NCBI GenBank assembly: GCA_965644495.1
Contig: CBFFSA010000007.1
Location: 310,001-374,000, forward strand
Direction: 5' to 3'
Origin: Perkinsela sp. CCAP 1560/9
Lineage: Eukaryota > Protista > Euglenozoa: Kinetoplastea
Length of the DNA stretch: 64,000 bases
Of this stretch, positions 54,997 to 64,000 are shown in pieces; the first letter of the stretch is position 1; the number at the start of each line of letters is the position of its first letter. The notes under the pieces are model-generated. The model did no database searches and was not told the DNA's origin. It saw only the letters and a list, made by a program, of their open reading frames with translations. The position numbers and the translations under genes are program-made.

Positions 54997-57396
54997 ATGC
55001 AAGTTATTAAGCACGATGGGACGTCTGCCCCACTTGATGCGACGAAGCTTAAGACACGGGTTACTCACGTTCTGGGTTCAGACATCGATAGGAATTATGT
55101 GGATCCCGATGTTGTCGTCGATGCTACAGTAAAAGGGGCGCACAACAATATGACTACCGCGAAGCTCGACGAATTACTTTGCCAAACGGCGGCGTACCTG
55201 TCCACAAAACATCCAGATTACGGATTGCTTGCCGGTCGGCTGGCTGTCACAAGCTTAAGGAAGCGTACCCCATCTTCTTTTTCTCAGGCAGTTGAGTTGC
55301 TCAAAAATTATATCAATCCTAAAAACAACGCGGCAAATCCGTTAGTTTCTAATGAATTGTACGAAATTGTTAAGTCTAATGCTCAACGCCTGAATGACGC
55401 AATCAGGCAGGAAAGAGACCTCACCTACGAATACTTCGGCTTCAAAACACTCGAACGGTCTTACCTAATACGGACAGAAAACAAGGATGGATCATCTCAG
55501 GTGGTGGAAAGGCCGCAATACATGTTGATGAGAGTTGCAATCGGTATCCACGGACCCGATTTAAAGCGCGCACTACAAACCTATGAGTACCTCTCGCTCG
55601 GACTCTTCACGCATGCTACCCCAACTCTGTACAACGCTGGAACGCCCCGTCCTCAAATGAGCTCCTGTTTCCTCATTGCTCTCAAAGAGGATTCCATCGA
55701 AGGAATTTATGACACGCTGAAGACTTGTGCCCTTATTAGCAAGAATTCCGGAGGCATCGGACTGCACGTTCATGCGTGTCGTAGCGCAGGGTCCTATATT
55801 CGTGGTACAAATGGAGAATCGAATGGGCTTGTGCCAATGCTGCGCGTGTTCAACGATACAGCACGTTACGTTGACCAAGGTGGGGGAAAGCGCAAAGGAT
55901 CATTTGCGATCTACTTGGAGCCGTGGCATGCAGATATAATTGAATTCCTTCAGCTTAAGAAAAACACTGGAAAAGAAGAAATTCGAGCCCGCGACCTATT
56001 TTATGGTCTGTGGATGCCAGACCTTTTTATGAAGCGCGTGCAGACAAAAGGCAAGTGGTCGTTGTTTGATCCGAAACGTGCTCCAGGCCTAAGTGATACT
56101 TGGGGAAAAGATTTTGAGAAGCTCTACGAGCGCTATGAATCCGAAGGGAAGGCACAGAAAGTGATCGAGGCGCAGGAACTATGGTTCGCAATTATTGAAT
56201 CTCAGATAGAAACCGGAACACCGTATATTATGTACAAGGATAGTTGCAATGCGAAAACGAACCAACAAAACTTGGGAACCATCAAATGCAGTAATTTATG
56301 TACCGAGATCGTTGAGTACACAGCTCCCGATGAAGTAGCTGTTTGTAATCTGGCTTCCCTTGCTTTGCCAAAGTTTGTGAATCCTGATCGAAAAAGTTTT
56401 GACTTCGACAAGCTTCGACAAATCGTGCGCACGGCAACAAGAAATCTAAATCTTGTAATTGACAAAAACTTTTATCCTGTTCCAGAAGCCGAGCGCAGCA
56501 ACATGAGGCACCGACCCATCGGACTCGGCGTGCAGGGACTTGCCGACGTATTCCTTATGATGCACCTTCCCTTCACATGTCCTGAAGCGCAAACCTTGAA
56601 TGAGGACATATTCGAAACTATATATTTCGCTGCTTTGGAGGAAAGCTGTACCGTCGCCGAGGAGTCTGGGCCTTATCAGACATATGAAGGATCGCCGGTT
56701 AGCAAAGGCATCCTGCAATTTGATATGTGGGGAAGAAAACCCAAAAGTGGGCGATGGGATTGGGAAGGCTTGCGCAAGAGCATTGCGATCACAGGAATCC
56801 GGAACTCTCTACTTGTGGCTCCGATGCCAACGGCTTCTACTTCTCAAATTCTTGGCAACAATGAATGCTTTGAGCCATATACCAGTAACATGTACCTTCG
56901 CAGAGTGCTCAGCGGAGAGTTTCCTGTGATCAACAAACATCTTGTCCGAGACCTTGTTTCTGAAGGGCTTTGGAATGAGGAAACTCGGAATCAGCTTATG
57001 GCGGACAATGGTAGTGTACAAAAGATCTCTGGACTCACCTCTGCCCTCAAAGACATTCATCGTACAGTGTGGGAAATAAAGCAAAAAGATATTATAGACA
57101 TGGCTGCTGCACGAGCTGCATATATTGATCAGTCTCAAAGCCTCAATCTGTTTCTTGAGTCTCCAACAAGTGGAATGCTTACTTCAATGCACTTTTATGC
57201 CTGGAAAATGGGTCTGAAAACTGGAATATATTACCTGCGCTCTCGTCCTGCAGTCGACGCAATTAAATTTACAGTGGACTCCACGTCACTGAAGACCTCT
57301 GGGACGAAACGACCGATGCAAGATAATGCTGCAGATTCAACTAAGGCAGCGAAAAGCTCCCCAGTTGAGGAAGAATGCATCGCCTGCGGTTCATAG
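54997..57396 (+). CDS. RNR1: Ribonucleotide reductase large subunit (class I)
   Basis: ATP cone, [37 protein letters not shown], terminal CIACGS. Confidence 0.98.
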   Translation: MQVIKHDGTSAPLDATKLKTRVTHVLGSDIDRNYVDPDVVVDATVKGAHNNMTTAKLDELLCQTAAYLSTKHPDYGLLAGRLAVTSLRKRTPSSFSQAVELLKNYINPKNNAANPLVSNELYEIVKSNAQRLNDAIRQERDLTYEYFGFKTLERSYLIRTENKDGSSQVVERPQYMLMRVAIGIHGPDLKRALQTYEYLSLGLFTHATPTLYNAGTPRPQMSSCFLIALKEDSIEGIYDTLKTCALISKNSGGIGLHVHACRSAGSYIRGTNGESNGLVPMLRVFNDTARYVDQGGGKRKGSFAIYLEPWHADIIEFLQLKKNTGKEEIRARDLFYGLWMPDLFMKRVQTKGKWSLFDPKRAPGLSDTWGKDFEKLYERYESEGKAQKVIEAQELWFAIIESQIETGTPYIMYKDSCNAKTNQQNLGTIKCSNLCTEIVEYTAPDEVAVCNLASLALPKFVNPDRKSFDFDKLRQIVRTATRNLNLVIDKNFYPVPEAERSNMRHRPIGLGVQGLADVFLMMHLPFTCPEAQTLNEDIFETIYFAALEESCTVAEESGPYQTYEGSPVSKGILQFDMWGRKPKSGRWDWEGLRKSIAITGIRNSLLVAPMPTASTSQILGNNECFEPYTSNMYLRRVLSGEFPVINKHLVRDLVSEGLWNEETRNQLMADNGSVQKISGLTSALKDIHRTVWEIKQKDIIDMAAARAAYIDQSQSLNLFLESPTSGMLTSMHFYAWKMGLKTGIYYLRSRPAVDAIKFTVDSTSLKTSGTKRPMQDNAADSTKAAKSSPVEEECIACGS

Positions 57397-57875
57397 CATC
57401 AAAAAATCAAGCTACGCTATCGCAATTCGTTGTTTCATATTTTGCGCTACTATAGTACAATAGAGAAAATATATGCAAATGATAAGACTAGTATTTCTTC
57501 TCCTCGTATCCCTCCACGTATACGTAGAATGATAGGTAAAGTTATATTTTTTTTTGCAGACAGGCAGACCGGCAATAATAGAGTTTAACGATATAAATAC
57601 TAAAGAGGCGTTCTGATAGGTTTTATACTAGTCAATTTAAAGTGTAGAATAATGCACCTTACACAATGATTTCGTCGCAGATATGTTTTTAAACGATGTT
57701 TCTTCAATGCTTAAACATTCCAAATAGTTTGTGCGAACAATTATGAAGTGAATGCTGTTCAGAACGGTGCCTATTTTTCAGAAAATTTCTTCAAAAATTC
57801 TGCATGTGAGCATGACAACCGCTAAATGTTTGGAATTTGTAAAGTTCATTAAATTCTATTTGTTATTATTTCTGC

Positions 57876-58508
57876 ATGTCTTGCCACTTCTTTGCGTCTG
57901 ATATTCAACGATTTTTCATTCTCCCTAGGAGAAAAATCAAATGTACGTTTTTAACACATACGACTAGGGATACTTCATCCTCTGGTTTGCAGGAAGGGCC
58001 ACCTGATGATTCTGAATCATATTCTACAACGGACGAACGTGTCTCCCTCAAGCATGCGACTGATCACGACAACAACGATACGAAGGGATCGAGAATGAAC
58101 AATTACGCGAATAGAATACGATTTGCAAAGAATTATGAGAAATACAAACGTTTAGATGCGGAAACTCCTTTTGGGAAGTTGCGTCGTTCACTCCCAGCTG
58201 TGAGCAGAACTCTGCAGTTTTCTGGAAGTCCATTTTCTGACGAAGAATATGCGACACGTTGCTGGGGATGGTACAGAAACGATGTCGTCAGCCTACTGGG
58301 GCCTCAAGATAAGAGGGATATTTGGACATGTGTAAGATATCTTCAAGAGAATCCGATTTGCACTACCTCTTGTGACTACTGTCATCTGGAGCGATCGATG
58401 AGATCGTTGTACACACATTATTGGGAGTGTAAAATATGTGGAGCTTGTTTTAAGCATCTACTAACCCGGTGTTCCCGTTGCAATTCTTATGTTATATCGA
58501 AGTGTTAA
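57876..58508 (+). CDS. Hypothetical protein with C-terminal CxxC pairs
   Basis: CDYC, WECKICG, CSRCN; on the coding strand. Confidence 0.55.
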   Translation: MSCHFFASDIQRFFILPRRKIKCTFLTHTTRDTSSSGLQEGPPDDSESYSTTDERVSLKHATDHDNNDTKGSRMNNYANRIRFAKNYEKYKRLDAETPFGKLRRSLPAVSRTLQFSGSPFSDEEYATRCWGWYRNDVVSLLGPQDKRDIWTCVRYLQENPICTTSCDYCHLERSMRSLYTHYWECKICGACFKHLLTRCSRCNSYVISKC

Positions 58509-59075
58509 ACTTGCTTAGAAAACGGTACGGCTATAAAGTTTTTATTTAGCCGGATTCTCGATATTAATACAGCGCATGTAGTACTGTTGCAAATTGTACA
58601 TCAAGTTGTTGATAAATTCAATATGCATATTTATCATTTCATCTTTATTTCATTTTATAGTATTTTTGCCCTATGTTATTTTGCTTTATTTGTTTGCTTG
58701 CGCTTTATCTTTCTTTATCTCGTTTGTATTTTTCTCAAAGTGCTATCGTGATGAGCTATCATGTACCTTGTTACTTGCTCTGTAAATGTCAACAATTCTG
58801 ACCGTCATAATCGTCTAATGACTCATTCGACTACTTCATAATTTCTAGAATGTGCTATTTGTGACTCTTTTATTTATGACTCGTTCAATGTAGACGTGTC
58901 TATGATACTTTAAAATTGGTGAAGAAAGAAAACATTTTATACGAAAAGTTCTGTGTTTAATAAATCTCCCCTATAGCTTAAACGGAGGACTACGTTGCAT
59001 GAACTAATTTTTTAAGGAAACTACTTTCCATGAATGTATAGTTCTTGAGCGAATGTGACACACAGTTGTACATCA

Positions 59076-59780
59076 ATGCGCTCTATATTTTGGAGACGCC
59101 AGAAAAAAAGGAAAAGTTTCTTTCGTTCCAAAGCATTCCGAAAATCCTTTAAAAAGAATATAGTGGTGTTCCGCTGCTATCATTCACAATCTTTAAAAAA
59201 CGTGATTCAGCATAAGATTCGCCCTATTCGTAAAGCTAATGAACACGTTTCCATGCGGAAAAGCAGTCAAGTAACTAATGAAACAAGATTATCTGCGAAT
59301 AGTATATCTTTAAAGGAAACTCCTTTTCGACTTCTTGTTACTGATAGGCAAGTAGGCGCATCGAGGAAAAGTACCTCGTACAACGAAAAGGAGTCTGCTG
59401 GTACACATTTCTTCATTAAAGTCAAAAGTAAAGGACGTGTTGAAAATTACTCCCGCGTAGCGATGAGTTATTTAGAACTAGAAGCGCAGCAAGTCGTGTG
59501 TTGGATAGAGTCTTCGTATTACCAGAAAACTAAGAATTCTCACGTAGTTCGCATAGAAGGTGAGTCACCTTCGGACGCTTGTATGACAATAGCAACAGCG
59601 CAGCGCATTAAACGCTTTCTAAATATATTATCCCCTGAGCAGCTGAAGAACGATATTGAGGAATCACCTAGGATATTGGCCGCAACAGCGCATCCATCGA
59701 TTGTCACTGTTGGTCAACATAATGTATTCGATATATCGCTCCCTGGTCTTCTTAGAATAGAGCTGTACCGAATACCATGA
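59076..59780 (+). CDS. Hypothetical protein, possibly a divergent Alba domain
   Basis: IKVKSKGRVENYSRVAMSYL..VVRIEG..TIATAQRIKR; start may be the later ATG at 59253. Confidence 0.45.
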   Translation: MRSIFWRRQKKRKSFFRSKAFRKSFKKNIVVFRCYHSQSLKNVIQHKIRPIRKANEHVSMRKSSQVTNETRLSANSISLKETPFRLLVTDRQVGASRKSTSYNEKESAGTHFFIKVKSKGRVENYSRVAMSYLELEAQQVVCWIESSYYQKTKNSHVVRIEGESPSDACMTIATAQRIKRFLNILSPEQLKNDIEESPRILAATAHPSIVTVGQHNVFDISLPGLLRIELYRIP

Positions 59781-60391
59781 GGAATTTCAGATGAAAGTCG
59801 AACGAGTCCTTTCCAAACACTAAATTATGACGTACTTTATTTCCCTTTACTGGTGAAGCTAAATGACTTTACGTATTAAAGGTCTCTTTGTCGGAGAAAG
59901 GCCTTCTTTGGTTATGTGTGGCACTACTTCAGGAACGGCCTTTTCGTGTAGAGAATCTGTCATACATACACAGCTCAGAGTGCGAACGAGAAGCTGGAGG
60001 CCTCATCGCTAAATCTACTGACTGTAGAAGTGTCCGTTTGTCTTTTGTATTCTTTCAACTATACTTGAAACGCACATTGAGCAAACAAGAAATACGCACT
60101 GTTGAGATGCGCCCCTTATTGTTCTTATGTACACGTTAATCTTCCGGGGAAGCCAACACTCGAAGATTTTATGTCGTGTTTTCAGACCACCTGCTTGACC
60201 GCGCCTTAACCAAAAAATGAGAAAGGGATAGTGCTCACTATTATTTTTTATATTCACAATGTTCGACCCTAGCTGTAATATTCTGCGGTGGAGGTATTTA
60301 ATTTTTCCCTATTTCAACTACTTCTACCGGCTTAATTTTTCAACCCAATCACCATTGACACCCTCCTTTTTCTACGTCCATTTTCGACAAC

Positions 60392-61099
60392 ATGAATACC
60401 CCTCAACCTGGAATAAAGTCCGAGGGCGTTCACGTGCTGATGTCGCGCAAGGACGCCACCACCCCCTGGGGTCTTACCCTCTTCGAGGACTCCTGGACGG
60501 TCAACGCCATGCGGCCAGCGGGCATCGCCGAGCGCAGCGGCCTGCGGGAGGGGGACCAAATCCTGCAGGTCAACGGCATCTCCGTGTACTCCCCGGTCGC
60601 GCGCAGCATTATGGGTGCGCAGGCTGTGGTGCACCTGGACGTACAACGACCGGTCGTCACCCAGAGTGCGGTCGCACAACGCGAAGCCCCGAGTGCGGGG
60701 GACCGGGAAAAGGAGAAGGAAGAGACATGTCGGGGGGAAGGTGAAACCCACGCGAGCAAGCTACCCCCCGCCGGGGTCATGGTTCGCGAGCGTCAGCTTT
60801 TTCAGGAGAAGATTCTAGCGGAACGTACCGGGATATTGCGTGAGGAGATGGGGCGGAGAGGCAAAATTAACCACGAGTTTGCTGTGTGTCCTGAAGTGCA
60901 CCATGAGATTCTTCTCCATAGAGCAAGGAAACAGCATGAGCATTGCAAGGCACGAGAACTACAACAACAAGAGTGTGAACGTGAGAAGATGCGAAAAATT
61001 GTGCGTATTGCATTTGGTTCACTATCTCCTTATCCAACGTTTGCCCATTTTCTTGCCCAACAGAAATGTCCTGGTGTAGCTGGAACGTCAACCAAATAA
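60392..61099 (+). CDS. PDZ-domain protein
   Basis: PWGLTL..GIAERSGLREGDQILQVNGISV. Confidence 0.8.
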   Translation: MNTPQPGIKSEGVHVLMSRKDATTPWGLTLFEDSWTVNAMRPAGIAERSGLREGDQILQVNGISVYSPVARSIMGAQAVVHLDVQRPVVTQSAVAQREAPSAGDREKEKEETCRGEGETHASKLPPAGVMVRERQLFQEKILAERTGILREEMGRRGKINHEFAVCPEVHHEILLHRARKQHEHCKARELQQQECEREKMRKIVRIAFGSLSPYPTFAHFLAQQKCPGVAGTSTK

Positions 61100-61145
61100 T
61101 AACTTTAAGAAATGCTTGTCTCGGTGTCCCTTTGTTCATAGAGAC

Positions 61146-61213
61146 GTTCGTGGTACAAGTAGTATAAGGCTCCTGCTACAAGTAGTACAAGGTTCGTAGT
61201 ACAAGTTCGTAGT
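61146..61213. repeat. Short degenerate tandem repeat (gtagtacaag)
   Basis: tacaagtagta / gttcgtagtacaag units. Confidence 0.65.
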
Positions 61214-61377
61214 GCTGATATGAATGTATTACGTGGATGTGGCGGTACAGTATTTCTGTGACGTAGAGTATTGCCTAAGTAGTGGAGTTTTCAAGAGCCT
61301 TTTTTGTTTGGGGTAGAGAAAGAGAATACATAGAAAAATAGGCAAATAAACAATTAGACTCTTTTATTCATGCGTAG

Positions 61378-63549
61378 ATGAAGGTCATTTATCCAGGTGC
61401 GCATCATTCGGATTCAAATTTGTCCTTGTGGACTGAATCTCAAGTTCTTCTGTCGCAAAGCGTGCTGAATTGGTTGACGCCGACGTTGGGCATCACTGCT
61501 TTAGATTGTTGTAAGCCAGAATTTTCTGAGTTTAGTAGAGATACGAATGATGATACACGTATTGATGTGTCGCAAGCAGAGACATCATCTTCCTCTTTTT
61601 TGGGTAGTAGTAGGTCAACAAGCTTCTTGCTGTCACGCAAAAAATATCACCTGGACGCAGTATTATCCAAAAGTTGTGGAATAATTCACTCACGAACTCC
61701 TTTTTGTCTTGTGAACTGGTGTGTTAGTCCGTGCTGTCTTTTCGATAAAGGCTTTCCGATAGTTCTCATTAATATGCTAAAACCAAATGGTATGGCATTG
61801 TGTGCACTTGAATTCGATAAGGAATTTCAATTAACCACTCTTTGGAACCTTAACTCGAACGATGACGTCAATTTCGGAGCAACGCGTCATTCATTCCGTA
61901 CAACTTTTGCTCGCCAGACCTGTTTCACGGGGTCCTGGGAAATGCAACATGGAAGTTCACAAAGGAAATGTTGGAGTATTTATTTGCTTACAACAACTTG
62001 GAATCAAATACAGACTTACTTAGTTAATCAACATCCTGAAGTTGGTGTATTGTCTTTTACCTTGCAGTATCATCGATGCTTTGAACTCTGGTTAACGTCT
62101 CCGCCCACGACTCTTTTCGAAACCATAGAAAATACAACCGAGCTTTCAAAAATCTGTCTGATAGGATGCACTGATGGTTCGTTATGGCAATATGTTCTTC
62201 CTATTAAGCGTAAAGATAGGCCTCGAATTAAAAGAATTTTGTTACCCGATCCATCATTTCACCTCCCATTAAACAAAGATGAAATTTGTTATTCAAAATA
62301 TGTTACTGCTGAGCTTGATATACAGGAAATATGGATGAGTGATTTCAATCCTCCTCGAAGCCTTCCGTTGTTTACTTATTGTGTCCGTCACTATGACCAG
62401 CAACGCCTGAAAGTTGTGAGTTGGACAGTAGTTGTATATTCCAGTGTTCTCGTCTGGACAAAAGATACAAAGAAACGTTTAACGCCCCGACGAAGTGTAT
62501 CGAATGACTACAAACAAGCAAGAAAGTGTGTGGCACAACCACTTTGCAAAACTTTCGCTGCCGAATGCGTCCGTGCAGCTGGTCTCACAGACTTCGGCCA
62601 TTCTGTGACTATTATGACGGCCACCCGTATATTACGGTTTGAGCCGCCTCGCAAGCAGTGTTGTGCAACTCAAAGTACGTTGCGATCTACAGAATACGTT
62701 CTAGTGAATCCAACTCTTCTCCACGAAGGAAATATGTATCCTAAGAAAGGACTTCCAACACTGTCGGGTCTGGAGGAAAACAAAAATATTTATGAATTCT
62801 ACGAAAATTCTCATTCACTATCCGGAGAATTGGGTACGGCAAATATCACAGAGCCCCCTGCTACGAATGATCATGATGGGTCAATTAATTTGAAATCGAC
62901 GTGGATTTCATCCTCATTTCCGCATTCCATTTCGGTTTCCCCGACATTCAGCCGCGTCGCGCTTTACTTTTATGCATCAAAAACAAATGCAGACAAGGTA
63001 TTTAGTTCTGATCATTTATGGACGGCAGAAGCCAATGCCGCAACTTCTAGTTCCTTCACTTCATCCCTATCGCAGCAGTGGAGGCACTGTGAAGCTGCTG
63101 ACATGAAACTTGCATCAACAGTAATATATTATTTGCATTCAGATTTGCATTTACGCGTAGATAGGAAGTATATGTGCGACCTAGTTCAGTCATTTTCATC
63201 TACGCCGTGGCTCAGGGAAGATCTTGTAAGATGGGCCTACGGCGTTGGTATAACTCTAGAAAGTCTAGGATTGCGCACAGCACATGAGCAGCCGTGCATT
63301 TCACAAGCGCAGTGCTGCATATTTTGCGGTTCTATCGCGAAACCAATATTCGAAGATGCCTCCTTGCGTTACCTATTCAGGTGCGAAAGGTTTCATGATT
63401 TTGCGGTGTGTGCTTTTACAGGGAAATTGCTTAGCCCCAGTCATGAAACCATCTATTGTGAGTTTTGCAGGACAAGTGTACAGATAAGCCAATGTGTTGG
63501 ATTCTTGGCAAGTATTTGCATTCGGTGCCAACGTCCTCGACTATGTTAG
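61378..63549 (+). CDS. Hypothetical protein with a C-terminal Cys-rich zinc domain (zf-TFIIIC-like)
   Basis: 723-aa ORF; CIFC..CERFH..CAFTG..CEFC..CIRC. Confidence 0.65.
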   Translation: MKVIYPGAHHSDSNLSLWTESQVLLSQSVLNWLTPTLGITALDCCKPEFSEFSRDTNDDTRIDVSQAETSSSSFLGSSRSTSFLLSRKKYHLDAVLSKSCGIIHSRTPFCLVNWCVSPCCLFDKGFPIVLINMLKPNGMALCALEFDKEFQLTTLWNLNSNDDVNFGATRHSFRTTFARQTCFTGSWEMQHGSSQRKCWSIYLLTTTWNQIQTYLVNQHPEVGVLSFTLQYHRCFELWLTSPPTTLFETIENTTELSKICLIGCTDGSLWQYVLPIKRKDRPRIKRILLPDPSFHLPLNKDEICYSKYVTAELDIQEIWMSDFNPPRSLPLFTYCVRHYDQQRLKVVSWTVVVYSSVLVWTKDTKKRLTPRRSVSNDYKQARKCVAQPLCKTFAAECVRAAGLTDFGHSVTIMTATRILRFEPPRKQCCATQSTLRSTEYVLVNPTLLHEGNMYPKKGLPTLSGLEENKNIYEFYENSHSLSGELGTANITEPPATNDHDGSINLKSTWISSSFPHSISVSPTFSRVALYFYASKTNADKVFSSDHLWTAEANAATSSSFTSSLSQQWRHCEAADMKLASTVIYYLHSDLHLRVDRKYMCDLVQSFSSTPWLREDLVRWAYGVGITLESLGLRTAHEQPCISQAQCCIFCGSIAKPIFEDASLRYLFRCERFHDFAVCAFTGKLLSPSHETIYCEFCRTSVQISQCVGFLASICIRCQRPRLC

Positions 63550-64000
63550 TTCGATTACCTATTTTACATTTCTAATGCTCCCAGAATGCTTTCATTGCTC
63601 GTCTTAACCTCGAATATGCTAAAAAAGCGCTTTTTCTCCGTTTTTGTTTCCATCGCTGTCCTTTCCACAGCAGTGATCCCCAGTCACAGCGATCCCCAAA
63701 TGATGCCCCTGTGTTCCTTAACAACCTATGTTCCTTTAAGGCGCTTAGGCGTTGATTTGGTGCAATTTAACACACTACGCTTATGACTTCCTCTTTTTTG
63801 CGGCCCAAAAGAAGAGGCAAGCCTATGAATGGAGACTTTTCTTTTCTGACCTCTCGGAGGGGGTGGTGAGGGAATCTTTACGTGAAATGGGTGGATTCTT
63901 GTTCGCTTTTTACCCGTAAAAGTTGATGGAAGGGGAAGAGGGGAAGATTAAATCAGTAGAAGGTCGCATTTTTATATTATTTTTATAACATGCTTCTTTT

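Overview
Eukaryotic, gene-dense, intron-less DNA in which all ~30 host genes lie on the + strand. This organisation, plus the RPL19 C-terminal extension and the enolase and bS16m sequences, points to a kinetoplastid polycistronic unit; a non-trypanosomatid lineage such as Perkinsela is possible, but that is inference. Host genes include TRM1, SDHAF3, DnaJ, NSUN2/TRM4, RPL6, kinesin-13, a USP, RPL19, ALG9, PIG-C, fibrillarin, a bromodomain protein, enolase, RRP42-like, TANGO2, APH-1, LAS1, bS16m and RNR1. Two nests of decayed mobile DNA (about 0.2-15.7 kb and 27-33 kb) and several isolated MITEs contain pogo, Tc1, hAT-like and unclassified DNA transposons plus RLE-type non-LTR retrotransposons. 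Best novelty candidates: (1) an RLE retrotransposon whose N-terminus carries four Mer3/HFM1-type CxHxCxxKxxCxHxCC zinc fingers, has no upstream AUG and is preceded by a pseudoknot-like leader; (2) a ~220-nt covarying, pseudoknot-like RNA in the 3' UTRs of two CRE-like retroposons; (3) GC-rich islands with a sharp C-rich to G-rich strand switch inside housekeeping genes. All calls come from reading motifs by eye; no searches were run.
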